Below are positions 40,284-51,340 of a stretch of DNA of 64,000 bases, one piece after another (the first letter of the stretch is position 1; each line of letters opens with the position of its first letter). The position numbers were made by a program, and so were the translations under genes. A model generated the notes under the pieces. That model worked only from the letters and a program-made list of their open reading frames with translations. It searched no databases and had not been told where the DNA came from. Source of the DNA: an uncultured Acidobacteriota bacterium (GTDB taxonomy: Bacteria; Acidobacteriota; Terriglobia; UBA7540); the NCBI GenBank assembly GCA_963804995.1, contig CAWDSK010000001.1:512001-576000 (forward strand), given 5' to 3'.

Positions 40284-40655
40284 TTGCGTATCTTTCTCCT
40301 GATTGTGTTCGGGTCAGCCGGAACACTCGCCCGCTACGCTATGCAGGGGCTCATCCAGTACCGGACGGAGTCCTCACTTCCCCTTGGCACACTCGCGGTG
40401 AACTTGCTGGGCTGCTTTCTGTTGGGAGGTATCGGCCAGTTTGGTCTTGACCACCTCGCCTTCCCGCCGGAGTGGCGCATCGCCATCACCGTGGGCTTTT
40501 TCGGCGCTTTCACTACCTTTTCCAGTTTCAGTTGGGAAACCGTTCACCTTTTTGAAGATGGCGAGTGGATTCAGGCTTGTGTGTATGTGATGGTCAGCGT
40601 GTTGGGCGGACTCTTGCTGGTTCGCACCGGCATGCGATTGGCAAAATGGTTCTGA
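40284..40655 (+). CDS. crcB: Fluoride efflux channel Fluc
   Basis: GTLARY, PLGTLAVNLLGC, GFFGAFTTFSSF. Confidence 0.95.
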   Translation: MRIFLLIVFGSAGTLARYAMQGLIQYRTESSLPLGTLAVNLLGCFLLGGIGQFGLDHLAFPPEWRIAITVGFFGAFTTFSSFSWETVHLFEDGEWIQACVYVMVSVLGGLLLVRTGMRLAKWF

Positions 40656-40685
40656 GCGGACGTACCGGTTCGGTTTGATCTTGTC

Positions 40686-40754
40686 GTAGAGGCGGTGGCA
40701 TTCATCCCGATCTGATCGGGACGCCGCCATATGGCGAGGTAAACTCGCCGCTAC
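40686..40754. repeat. GTAG-type REP-like doublet (copy B)
   Basis: Matches 210-271: TCCCGATCTGATCGGGACGCCGCC...GGCGAGGTAAACTCGCCGCTAC. Confidence 0.8.
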
Positions 40755-40789
40755 AAAATCAATGGGAACCACCATTGAGCGGAGGCGTT

Positions 40790-41134
40790 ATGGAACACCA
40801 GCGCTTTGAAGGCGAACGCACTTTGATGCGGATTCACATCGGCGAATCGGACCGGTGGCAGGGTTCGCCGCTCTACGAGGCCCTGATCAAGCTATTTCGC
40901 AGGGAAGGTTTCAGCGGGGTCACGGTGCTGCGAGGCGTAGCCGGCTTCGGCTCAGCCAGCCACCTTCATACCGACAAGATTCTGCGTCTCTCGCAAGACT
41001 TGCCGATCGTCCTTGAGGTAGTCGAGTATTCGGAGCGAATCGAAAATATTCTTCCCAAGCTCGATGAGATGGTAGGGGGAGGCCTGGTCACGCTCGAAAA
41101 GGTCCGGGTGATTCTTTACCGGCCCAGGAAGTAG
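40790..41134 (+). CDS. DUF190 family (PII-like) protein
   Basis: IGESD, GVTVLRGVAGFG, LSQDLP; usual crcB neighbour. Confidence 0.9.
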   Translation: MEHQRFEGERTLMRIHIGESDRWQGSPLYEALIKLFRREGFSGVTVLRGVAGFGSASHLHTDKILRLSQDLPIVLEVVEYSERIENILPKLDEMVGGGLVTLEKVRVILYRPRK

Positions 41135-41262
41135 ATTCCGGATACGAAAAGCCAAAGGTTTCAGGTGTCTGGTGCAAAAGCACAACCTGAGCTCTTCCTG
41201 CTGGATAGTCTTTTGAGGCTGAGTTTCCCGAGTCCCGAATCCCCGGTCAAATAAAGCGCCGC

Positions 41263-42163
41263 CTACAGCGCGTGAATGCGGATCGACCCGCCGCTGGTGT
41301 GCAGCCGCAATTCCTCTCCGCCGGAGCCTATCGCCCCCTGCATCTTGGAACGGCTGACCGTGCCCACCACGCGCACGGGTAAATCGCTGGAAACCGATCC
41401 GCCGGAAGTTGACGCGTCAAGATTCAGATTAGCGGAGGGATCAAGGGCGACTTCAATCGGGCCGCCGGAGGTTTCGAGATCGCCTCCATGCCGGTTGCCG
41501 GGGGAGTAGCTGACGTGGATCGGGCCGCCGGAACTCTTGGCTACCACGCGGCCGGAGACCCGATTCACGTGAATTCCCCCACCGCTCGTTTCTGCCTGCA
41601 GGTTCCCGTTCGAGCGCTTCCACGTCAATCGGCCCGCCGGAGGTATCCACGCGCGCATCGCCGGTCACCTCGCGCAGGCGAATGGGTCCTCCCGAGGTTC
41701 GCGCCTCCAGATTCCCGCTCAACCCGGTGACCTCGATGGGTCCTCCCAACGTCTTCACATTGGATTCCCCGCGCAAGCCGGAAAGCGTAATGGGTCCGCC
41801 GCCGGTGCGGACCATGGTGCGGGTTTCGATGGGGACTTGAATTTCAAAGCGCACGTAATGACCATGCGACCAGCCAGACTCCGGCTTGCGCTTAGCTGTC
41901 ACACGTGCCAGTGCTGCGCTGCCGGAGAAATTGAAATCAAGCAGCCTGTTCAGATCTTCGCGCTCCGAGGTGATGACAATGTGCGCACCCGAACGCGAGA
42001 CGCCGGTGACCGTAACACTGCCCATGTCCGATTCCAGAACGAACTGGCCATTGGGCTGCAGGTCCAAATCTTTCTCGATGCGTGATTCTCCCGCCGCCGG
42101 CAATGCCACGGCCAGAAACGCCAGGACTCCCGCCATGATTCCCAGGGATCGAAAGACTCTCAT
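41263..42163 (-). CDS. DUF4097-like beta-strand repeat protein, frameshift near 41610
   Basis: Signal peptide; repeated TSGG(P/S)I units in both frames. Confidence 0.8.
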
Positions 42164-42325
42164 TTTTCCTCCTACCGAAGACACCCAAGATTTGTTACGT
42201 TAGACGCGCGGCGCAAGTTCCGGATAGTTGATCATTTTTGGCCTGAATCTCTGGTGTGCCGCCTGCCATGCCGGTGTAGAATCTCCTCTGCTGTAAACGA
42301 TCCTGTCATCCTAGAAGGTGATGCT

Positions 42326-43426
42326 ATGAAAAAATTGCTCTTTCTAGTGCTACTTCTCAGTCTGAGCGCGAGGGGTGGATTCGCCCAGGCGGCGAAGACT
42401 CGTCTCGCCATTATAGGTCTCGACCACGATCACGTATGGGGCCTGCTTGGAACCATCGCCAAAACTCCAGAGGCGGAACTGGTGGCTATTGCCGACCCGC
42501 ACCCGGAGCTGGTGGCGAAGGCGAAAGCCAAAGTTCCTGCCAGCGTGAAGTTCTTCGCCGACTACGCGCAGATGCTCGACCAGGTGAAGCCGGAGGCGGT
42601 CATCGTCACCACGGCCAATAATCGGCATCTCGAAATCCTGCGTGCCTGCGTCCAGCGGCACGTGCATTTCTTCACTGAAAAGCCCATGGCCGCGACGGGT
42701 TCGGACGCGCGCGAAATGGAGCGACTGGCGCGGGAGGCGGGCATCAAGCTGATGGTGAATTACTGGAATGCCTGGGCTCCCCCCACGCAGGCTGCCTACG
42801 CGCGGCTGAAGGCCGGCGAGCTTGGACCCATTCAGAAAATGATCATCGAATTTGGCCACGAGGGTCCGAAGGAAATCGGAGTCTCAAAGGAATTTGGGGA
42901 GTGGCTCTACGATCCGGATAAGAATGGTGCGGGCGCCCTGATGGACTTTGCCTGCTACGGTGCGGATTGGGCGCTGTGGGCAAAGGGGCGGCCCCAGCGG
43001 GTTTACGCCTATTCACTCAAGCTGAAAACCGCGCAGCACAATAAGGTTGAAGACGACGCGGTGGTCCTGCTGGAGTACGCGGACGCGACGGCGATCCTGC
43101 TGCCTTCCTGGGACTGGCCGTACGGTAAGGGCCAGGCAGAGTTTTTTGGTCCCAAGGGCAGCTTCCTGGTCATGGGCGACGGATTGCTCTTCCAGCCTGC
43201 CCATAAGGATACCAAGGCCCAGAATCCCGACGGCACACTGGTGCCCACCCCACCGCTGCCGCCCGAGAAGCAAAACGGCATCACTTATTTTCTCGATTGC
43301 CTTCGCAATAACAAACCGATTGAGGGTCCAGTAACAGCGGAACTCAACGTGGGCGTGAATGAAATCATCGACGCGGCGAAGGAGTCCATTCGCACCGGCC
43401 GCGCGGTGGATTTGGCGAGCAAGTGA
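42326..43426 (+). CDS. Exported Gfo/Idh/MocA oxidoreductase
   Basis: Signal peptide; EKPMA, GAGALMDFACY, VEDDA. Confidence 0.9.
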   Translation: MKKLLFLVLLLSLSARGGFAQAAKTRLAIIGLDHDHVWGLLGTIAKTPEAELVAIADPHPELVAKAKAKVPASVKFFADYAQMLDQVKPEAVIVTTANNRHLEILRACVQRHVHFFTEKPMAATGSDAREMERLAREAGIKLMVNYWNAWAPPTQAAYARLKAGELGPIQKMIIEFGHEGPKEIGVSKEFGEWLYDPDKNGAGALMDFACYGADWALWAKGRPQRVYAYSLKLKTAQHNKVEDDAVVLLEYADATAILLPSWDWPYGKGQAEFFGPKGSFLVMGDGLLFQPAHKDTKAQNPDGTLVPTPPLPPEKQNGITYFLDCLRNNKPIEGPVTAELNVGVNEIIDAAKESIRTGRAVDLASK

Positions 43427-43914
43427 GTTGAACAGCTAGCGGGCACCCCCCGGCGCCATAAACGTTAACCTGAAACCAGCGTGAAAAATGGGAAGAACCC
43501 AGCTTCCAGCGTCTAGAAACACAGCTTTTGCAGCACTCGAATACAAAAACAAGATTTGCCTTTTGCCCTTAGTTCGGCGCGACGCTTAAACCAACGGGTG
43601 ACCGCCCTTGAGGCGGCCCCACTCAGCAAGCCACCCGCTTTGCGGGGGGCGTCTGACTGATCCAGGACAGGGCAAATACACTCGCCTTTCATGTGTCGAA
43701 TTTCGCATTCTAGTATCTCCGAACGGCGACTTTGGCCTGGGTTTTTGGGGTTGAGTCATCAAATAAATGACAAACAGCAAGAAAATGGATGTAAGCTCTC
43801 GTTTCTCTTGGTCCTGGCAGGATACCCAGGCCTCAGCGGAAGGACCGATTCTGGCAGAGCGATTGCGAGGGAAAGCACCCAGATAGGCTGAATCCACCGT
43901 GCCCGGAGGCGAGA

Positions 43915-45114
43915 ATGTCCGGTCCCCCCCAAACGGATCTCAAGGCTTGGCAGCGCAGCGCCATCCGGAATACGATGGCGAACTACCGTCGCGCCCAGGA
44001 GAATTACTACATCAGTGGCAAGCCGCTGGTGGAATTAGAGGATGGCACCAAGGCTTTTTCTCTCCTCACGCCTCCGCTGGGCTCCCTGGCGGCCCGGCGC
44101 CGGGTGAAGTTGATTATGGGGAACATGCTCCAAGCGAATGCTGCCGCCCCAACCCAAGTGCAGTTCGCCACCGCAGGACGCACGCCCCACGTCATTACGG
44201 TCGCGGTCACTTACAACTGCCAGTGCGACTGCCTGCATTGCTCGGCGGTGGATTATCAGGAAAGAACGCGCCGCGAGAAAAGCTGCCCTCCGCCTCGGCG
44301 AGTTGAAGAGGGCGATCGAACGAGAGCCTCGCCCTGGGCACGACCTGCGTCGTCCTGACGGGGGGCGAGCCTTTACTCTACGAGCACATTTATGAACTCA
44401 TCGCCGCGGTCGACAGATCCCGCAGCGTCATGCACGATGTTTACCAACGGCGAGTTTCTGCGGGAGCACACAGTGGAGCGGCTGAAGAACGCGGGGGTGT
44501 TCGGCGTGTTCGTCAGCCTGGACCACGCCGACTCCGGCCGGCACGACGCCAACCGCCAGCGTCCCGGCCTGGCGGAAAAGGCTTACCGCGGCGTGAGGCT
44601 CTGCCAGCAGGCTGGCATCCTCACCGGCATCTCCACCTACGCGACCAAGGAGAAAATCGATAACGGCGAACTGGATGCGATGATGGACGTCGCACGTGAC
44701 CTGGGCGTGCTGGAAGTCTTTCTCTTCGATGTCATCCCCACCGGGCGGCTCTCCGCGCAGCACGAGTGCATGCTCAGTGAGGCGGACGCGCGCCGCATCG
44801 TTGACTTCCGTGCGAAATACACGGCTCTGCCCGATTACCCGCGTATCATCCACCAGACGATGTTCTCCAGCATCGCCTATCCCTGCGTGGCGGAGGGCTG
44901 CCCGGCCGCCATGGTGCAATTGCACCTGCGGGCCAACGGCGATGTGTGCCCCTGCGATTTCACCCCGTACTCCTTCGGCAATATTCGCCAGCGGCCGCTG
45001 CGGGAGATCTGGGAATCGATGAGCGCCGATCCGCTGTACGCCAAGCCGTCGGCGCGCTGCCGCCTGTCGCAGGAGGCCTTCTGGTCGAAGCTGTCGGAGT
45101 TGCCTCCCGTGTAG
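43915..45114 (+). CDS. Radical SAM protein with SPASM/twitch domain, frameshifts about 44290-44430
   Basis: TYNCQCDCLHC; LTGGEP in an intermediate frame; FTNG, SLD; GCPAA...GDVCPCDF..FGNI. Confidence 0.8.
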
Positions 45115-45153
45115 GCAATCGCCCCGACGACTCCTGTGAATAGGCATCAAGAA

Positions 45154-46275
45154 ATGTCTTTCTTCCGAATCGCCCTCAAGAACCTCCTTCGACGCCGCCT
45201 GCGCACCGCGCTCACGCTCTGCGGAGTGGCGGTTGGTATCGCGGCATTCGTGGCGTTGGTGGGGTTTTCGCGTTCCTTTGAGCAGCAATGGCTGAAGCTT
45301 TATGAAAGCTCGGGTACCGACCTCGCGGTCGTGCAGAAGACCTTCCTGAATACTTCTGTAGATGAAGGGGCAGGGGAAAAGCTGCGCGCCCTCCCCGCCG
45401 TCGCGGCCGCTGAGCCCATGATCGTGAACCTGATGGACCTCACCCCCGAGGTCAACGCCCTGGTCTATGGATGGCCGGACAATTCTTTTGAAATGGATTC
45501 GCTCACTCTTCTCCAGGGACGCCGGTTTCACGACGATCAGCCCGAAGTGATGCTGGGCGAAGTGCTGGCGGAAAACCTCGGAAAGAAGGCCAACGAGGAT
45601 TTGGAGATTCAAGGCGCCACCTTTCATGTAGTGGGCGTGTTCCGCGGAGGCTCGGCCTTGGAGGCCGGCGCGGCGATTATGCCCCTGCGGCAGTTACAGA
45701 AGCTCGCCGACCTCGGAGGCAAGGTCACGGCTTTCCATGTGCGCCTGCGCAAACCGCCCGGCGGAGAACTAGACCCGAAGCGTATTCAACAGGCCCGCGG
45801 CGCGATTGAAGCAGCGCTCCCGGGCCTAAAAGCCGTCCCCGCCAGCGACCGCGCGCACAACAATCAATTCGTCGCGCTGGCCCGGTCCACGGCCTGGGGC
45901 ACGTCACTCATCGCGCTTCTCATCGGCGCCCTGGGCATCGCCAACACCATGGCCATGTCGGTATTCGAACGCACCAAAGAGATCGGCGTCTTGCGCGCCT
46001 TGGGTTGGAGGCGCTCGCGGGTGATGAAGCTCATCCTCATCGAGGCAGCGGTCCTGGGCTTGGCGGGGGGCTGTTTCGGCGTGGCGGGCGGGTGGCTGGC
46101 GCTGCGCATCCTGGCCGGCCTGCCCTTCACGGCCAGCTTCGTCACCAGCTCGATTCCCATCATGCACTGCGTGGAAGCGCTGTGCATCGCGGTGCTCGTC
46201 GGCCTGCTGGCCGGTTTCCTGCCCGCCCATCGCGGAGCGCGGCTTTCGCCCGTGGAGGCGTTGCGCTATGAATGA
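45154..46275 (+). CDS. MacB/FtsX-type ABC permease
   Basis: KNLLRRRLRTALT, NTMAMSVFERTKEIGVLRALG, PVEALRYE. Confidence 0.93.
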   Translation: MSFFRIALKNLLRRRLRTALTLCGVAVGIAAFVALVGFSRSFEQQWLKLYESSGTDLAVVQKTFLNTSVDEGAGEKLRALPAVAAAEPMIVNLMDLTPEVNALVYGWPDNSFEMDSLTLLQGRRFHDDQPEVMLGEVLAENLGKKANEDLEIQGATFHVVGVFRGGSALEAGAAIMPLRQLQKLADLGGKVTAFHVRLRKPPGGELDPKRIQQARGAIEAALPGLKAVPASDRAHNNQFVALARSTAWGTSLIALLIGALGIANTMAMSVFERTKEIGVLRALGWRRSRVMKLILIEAAVLGLAGGCFGVAGGWLALRILAGLPFTASFVTSSIPIMHCVEALCIAVLVGLLAGFLPAHRGARLSPVEALRYE

Positions 46276-46936
46276 TGGCCTGCTTGAGGCGAGGAACGTC
46301 ACCAAGCATTACGACGAGGGCCGCATTCAGGCCTTGCGCGGCGTCGATCTGGCGGTCAACGCCGGCGAGTTTGTGGCCATCACGGGCCCCAGCGGCAGCG
46401 GCAAATCCACCCTCCTGCACCTGCTGGGCGGACTGGACCAACCCACCAGCGGGGAGATCAGGTTCCGGGGCCAAAAGCTGGCCAACTCCTTCGACCTGGA
46501 TGCTTACCGCTCGCGGAGCGTGGGCTTCATCTTCCAGGCCTTCCATTTGCTGCCCACGCTGCGGGCGCTGGAAAACGTTCAAGTGCCCATGTTTGAAACC
46601 AAGTTGAGCTTGCGCGAGCGTGAGGAGAAGGCCGCGGCGCTGTTGTGCGAGGTGGGGCTTGAGCACCGCCTCCGGCAGTATCCGAATCAGCTCTCCGCGG
46701 GCGAGCGCCAGCGCGCGGCCATCGCCCGCAGCCTGGCCAACGACCCCGAGATCCTGCTCGCCGACGAGCCCACCGGCAACCTCGACAGCGAGAACTCCGC
46801 CCTGGTCATGGCCTTGTTGACGGGCATTCAGGCCAAGCGCAACATGACTCTGGTGGTCGTCACGCACGAAGCCGCCATCGCGCAATTGGCCCAGCGCACG
46901 GTGCAGATTCGCGACGGCCGCATCTGGACCCACTAA
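46268..46936 (+). CDS. LolD-like ABC ATP-binding protein
   Basis: GPSGSGKST, LSAGERQR, ADEPTGNLD, VTH. Confidence 0.95.
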   Translation: MNDGLLEARNVTKHYDEGRIQALRGVDLAVNAGEFVAITGPSGSGKSTLLHLLGGLDQPTSGEIRFRGQKLANSFDLDAYRSRSVGFIFQAFHLLPTLRALENVQVPMFETKLSLREREEKAAALLCEVGLEHRLRQYPNQLSAGERQRAAIARSLANDPEILLADEPTGNLDSENSALVMALLTGIQAKRNMTLVVVTHEAAIAQLAQRTVQIRDGRIWTH

Positions 46937-46939
46937 GCC

Positions 46940-47699
46940 ATGCCCCTGCCCCATCGACTCGTTGCCTCGCTGCTTCTGTCCGTGGCCATCTCTGCCCGCC
47001 GCCACGCGGGAGGAAGTGGTGGCGCGGCTTCTCTCCCTCCGCAACGCGACCGACTATACGGCCAGCGCCCGCCTGGTGCGTGTCTCGGCGTCAGGTGAGC
47101 GTAACAACATCTCCATTGCCTTCCGAGCCCACGCGTTCCCTGACGGTCTGCGAATCTTTTGTGACGTAACCGCTCCGCCGCCCGCGCGCGCCCGCTTGCT
47201 CCTGTTCGTTCCCTCCCAGGGCCCAGCGACCATCCGTATTGGTCATCCCGGCGACCGGTCGCCCAAAGAACTGCCCAGGGAGCGCTGGGGCGAGAGCCTG
47301 CTGGGCACGGATTTCACTTACGAGGATCTGCTGGAGAACTCCGTGTTGTGGCGGCGCCAGACACTGCTTCCGGAGGCGCAATACGGAGCGCGCACTTGCC
47401 TGGTCTTGCGGAGCGAGCCCGGGCCCGAAGATCACAGCCAGTATGCATCGGTCACCTCGTGGCTCGACCGGGAGATTTATCATGCGGTGAAAGTGGAGAA
47501 GGTCGTGAAGAATTCCGGCGAGGTGAGGGTGTTCATCTACTATGGCCTGCGCCAGGTGAAAGGCGTGTGGTCCGCCAGCCAGATCGAGTGCAAGGTGGCG
47601 GGCAAACCCGGCTCGTCCCTCTTGATTATCAACCGCGGCGCCGAGAAACCCCACCTGGATCGCACTGCCTTCGATCCCACCCTGCTAACCAAGCCCTGA
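46940..47699 (+). CDS. LolA-like outer membrane lipoprotein-sorting protein, frameshift near 46990
   Basis: LLGTDFTYEDL motif. The ATG 46940 frame encodes a signal-like peptide. Confidence 0.7.
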
Positions 47700-48082
47700 T
47701 TCCTCCGTGGGAAAGCCCTGCCCTTTCCAACCCGTGGGAAGAAATCCGGGTGAATTCCTGCCAGGCGGTCGTCACTTGACTCCCAGCTCCTCGCGCGGAA
47801 GCAAGTCCGGCAGCCCCCAGCAGCGAATTGCCGAAAGCAATTCCGGAGGGATGGCGGGGACCTGGGCCAGGAAATCGTCAATTAGGAAGACGGTCGTCTT
47901 GCACTGGCGCGATCTTCGGTCGTAGCCTTGGCAGTTGCGCGCGGCGCACGGGGACGTGATCAGCTTGGTCGTGTAACTTGCATACGAAAGTGTGGTGCGG
48001 CCCGGCTGACTGCTGCGAAGTCCATCTCCCATCAATGACTTCCACGCAATTTATTGCGAGGCGATCGGGGCACTGGATGACT

Positions 48083-49238
48083 TTACAGCGGGCCGATGTC
48101 AACCCAGGAGCGCTTGCGCCATGACTCCAGGCCTTTCTCGGCGAGCTGCAAGCCCTTGGCGCCTTCGAGCAGGCTCCAACGGAACGGCTCATCCTTCACG
48201 ACGTAGCGCAGGAATAACTCCCACTGCCGCTTGAAGGCGTTGTCATAAGTTTCCTGCTCCGGCACCTTTTGCCATCCCTCGAAATAGTCGAGCGTACTCG
48301 GCACGTCCGGATCCCACACCGGACGGGGGGTTGCTCCATAGGGCTGAATCCAGCAATCGCGCAATCCCGCCACCGCAGTACCCTTCGTGCCTTCCACCTG
48401 AATCGTCAGCAGGTCGTCCCGGCGGACCCGCACACACCAGGAAGAGCTGAAGGGGGCAAGGATGCCGCCCTCCAGTTCAAAGGTGGCGTAAGCGGAATCG
48501 TCAGCCGTGCATTCATAAGGCTTGCCTTCTTCATCGCGCCGTTGGGGGATGTGGGTTGCGCCCACACAGGAAACCGCTTTCACGGGGGCAAAGATGTTGT
48601 CGAGAACATAGCGCCAGTGGCAGAACATATCGATGATGATCCCGCCGCCTTCTTCCTTGCGGTAGTTCCACGAGGGGCGCTGAGAAGGAACCGTGTCGCC
48701 CTCGAAAACCCAATAGCCGAACTCTCCGCGTACTGCGAAAATGCGCCCGAAGAAGCCCGTATCGCGCAGCCTTTGGATCTTCAGCAAGCCCGGCAGCCAG
48801 AGTTTGTCCTGCACCACGCCGTGCTTGAGGCCGGCAGCTTCCGCCAGCCGGTAAAGCTGGAGCGCTTGCTTCGAGAGTCTCAGCGACCGGCTTCTCGCAA
48901 TAGATGTGTTTGCGCGCGGCGATGGCTTTGGTCACTGACTCGGCGCGTTGCGCGGTGGTCTGGGAATCGAAATAAATGGAGTATTCAGCATTGTTGAGGG
49001 CTACATCAAGGTGGGTGGTGTAGGGCACGCCTCCCATCTCCCGGGAAATAGCCTCCAGCTTCGCAGGGTTTCTCCCCACCAGGAGCGGACGGGGCATGAT
49101 TCTTTCCACCGGGCTAATCTTGATGCCGCCTTGCTTGATAATGGCGTTAATCGAACGGCGGAGGTGCTGGTTCAGGCCCATGCGCCCGGTGATGCCGTTC
49201 ATTATGATTCCAATCGAGTGGGTCTTCTGGATGTCCAT
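48083..49238 (-). CDS. Gfo/Idh/MocA oxidoreductase, frameshift near 48865
   Basis: IIMNGITGRMG, YCEKP; VQDKLWLPG, GEFGYWVFEG, GGIIIDMFCHW. Confidence 0.85.
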
Positions 49239-49240
49239 GT

Positions 49241-49690
49241 TTACGCCTTTGGTTTTTCCGTGCATTGGGGATGGGCGCCGGAGGGGAGCGCCGGGGCTTC
49301 TACTCCCGCGCGGGGCAGGGTGCCCTCCAATTCCTGCCGCCAATGCGCCACATCGCCGGCGGGGCCGTAACAGTAAATCATGCGCATCGTCGTGGAGCCG
49401 GTGTTGGTAAGCTGGTGAAAGACCTTGGGAGGAATATAGACGGCCTGCCCTGCCTTGAGCGTCACCTTCTCAGCGCCCAAGCACATCTCGCCGGCGCCTT
49501 CGAGAACCAGGTAAATCTCTTCCTGCTCCTGGTTGTGCCAGGGGACCTGGCCACCCTCAGGCTCCAGCGTGACGCACCCCATCGAAAAGGTCTTGGCTTG
49601 GATGGGGCTGGCCCCGCCCACGATATTCTGCGTGCGGCGCCGCGCGGGATAGGTGCGGCCAGCGATTTCATTCAGGTCAGCAATAATCAC
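49241..49690 (-). CDS. Cupin domain protein
   Basis: PWHNQEQEEIY, YIPPKVFHQLTN; GGAG plus GTG start. Confidence 0.9.
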   Translation of the reverse strand: MIIADLNEIAGRTYPARRRTQNIVGGASPIQAKTFSMGCVTLEPEGGQVPWHNQEQEEIYLVLEGAGEMCLGAEKVTLKAGQAVYIPPKVFHQLTNTGSTTMRMIYCYGPAGDVAHWRQELEGTLPRAGVEAPALPSGAHPQCTEKPKA

Positions 49691-49999
49691 AGGGTGTACT
49701 CCCAAATATCAAATGAAGTGATTGTCCGAGATGATTAATCTACAGCTTCGAACGCCGGACGGTGGGTCACAGGGAAGATCCGTTGCCGAAGTCGATCCTA
49801 CCTGGGCCCTATGCACGAAGTGTTCCAAGATACCCTTGCTCCGCTTCGAAATCAATTCTGCTGATTTCTTTTCCGGTTCATTATCGGCTATAACCCATCA
49901 TACCGTGTACGTTTGTGCGATTAAATCCCCGTGCTGGGCGGCGAGCTGAATTATAATCGCTCCGCCGTCAGGACTAACACCCACAGCTTCAGAGAGGAA

Positions 50000-51331
50000 A
50001 TGATGCCTTCCCCGCTACCCGACTATGTCCGCTCCTCGGTCCCCATCCCTGCTGCCCATCGCACTGCGTGGTATCTCAATACTTTTCCGTCTTACGCCGG
50101 GATCTTCCTCTGGGTGGGATTCTACCTGGGCCTGCCTGGCCCCACGCTCAGCCGCGCTGGAACGGGGGTGTGCCTGTTAGGGCTCCTGATTGCCGGCCTG
50201 CTTTGTTTCGCTTTTTATTACTACGCTCCGGCAATGCTGGGAATGCAGACCGGCCGGCCGCTTTACATCATCGGCACGTCGACGTTCGGGGTGACCGGGG
50301 GCTACCTGATGCCGGGATTGCTCATGGGGCTGCTGCAAATCGGATGGTTTGCCGTCGCCACCTCCATTTCCGCTCAGTTCATCCTGAAAGGCCTGCATCA
50401 GGAATCCAAAACCCTCTTCACCATCGTGGCGCTCGTTTGGGCTTACGGTTTGGCTTGGATCGCTCTCAAAGGGATCGCTTATGTGGCGCGCGTCGCCGAG
50501 ATCTTGAATTGGGTTCCGTTGATCATGATCGCAATCGTTTTCTGGAAGAATATGGGAGGCATCGCAAGCTATCGCCCGGCCCAACCCGACCCCTGGGGCG
50601 GGTTTGTAACCACCCTCGAAATCGTGCTCGGTTTTTTCGCGACCGCCGGCGCCGCCGGGGCTGACTTTGGGATGAGCAACCGCAATAGCCGCGACGTTTC
50701 CCTGGGAGGATTCACCGGCATCGCGCTGGCGATTCTGGTCGCCGGCGGACTTCCGATTCTTGCCGTTGCAGGGCACATCGGCAAAACGGCGGGGCCGCAG
50801 AGCTTCGATTATACCGTCACCATCTCGAGCGTAGGGGCGCTCGCCCCCATGGTCTTTTTCCTCTTCGCTGCCGCCTCCGTGACGCCCACGTGCTTCTGCA
50901 CATTTATCGCCTCCAACAGTTTTGCCACCATGCTGCCCAAGGTCCCGCGCACCTTATCCACCCTGGTGGGCGTCACCGTGGGAGCGGCCCTCGCCATCAC
51001 GGGAGTCGCGCAGAATTTGATCGGGTTTTTTGGGATTGTGGGTGCTTCCTTCGGTCCCATCTGCGGAGCCATCGCCGCCGACTATCTCCTGTCTGGAAAG
51101 AAGTGGGCAGGACCGCGCGCTGGCATCAATTGGGCAGGATATATTTCTTGGGCGCTGGGATTCCTGGTCGGCATCCTGGGCAAAATCCCGGGTGTTCCCG
51201 AATTCCTCGTCAAAGTAGACCGTCCCCCTACCTTATTCTCTTTCGTAGTGGGATTTGCAGTCTATTACACCCTTGTCAAGGTAGGATTCGAGCCCCCTAC
51301 CCTTCCCCTGGAAGAATCACCCGCACGCTAG
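50000..51331 (+). CDS. NCS1 (cytosine-permease-like) transporter
   Basis: Many TM helices; GMQTG.P, TFG..G, QIGWFAV, GAIAADY, NWAG. Confidence 0.8.
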   Translation: MMPSPLPDYVRSSVPIPAAHRTAWYLNTFPSYAGIFLWVGFYLGLPGPTLSRAGTGVCLLGLLIAGLLCFAFYYYAPAMLGMQTGRPLYIIGTSTFGVTGGYLMPGLLMGLLQIGWFAVATSISAQFILKGLHQESKTLFTIVALVWAYGLAWIALKGIAYVARVAEILNWVPLIMIAIVFWKNMGGIASYRPAQPDPWGGFVTTLEIVLGFFATAGAAGADFGMSNRNSRDVSLGGFTGIALAILVAGGLPILAVAGHIGKTAGPQSFDYTVTISSVGALAPMVFFLFAAASVTPTCFCTFIASNSFATMLPKVPRTLSTLVGVTVGAALAITGVAQNLIGFFGIVGASFGPICGAIAADYLLSGKKWAGPRAGINWAGYISWALGFLVGILGKIPGVPEFLVKVDRPPTLFSFVVGFAVYYTLVKVGFEPPTLPLEESPAR

Positions 51332-51340
51332 TGCCACGCC

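Noticed and set aside
43691..43891. Possible RiPP precursor upstream of the radical SAM gene
   Set aside because: No good SD, leader/core pattern or residue bias.
47772..48035. 87-aa minus-strand ORF
   Set aside because: No recognisable motif; may be a gene remnant but is unsupported.
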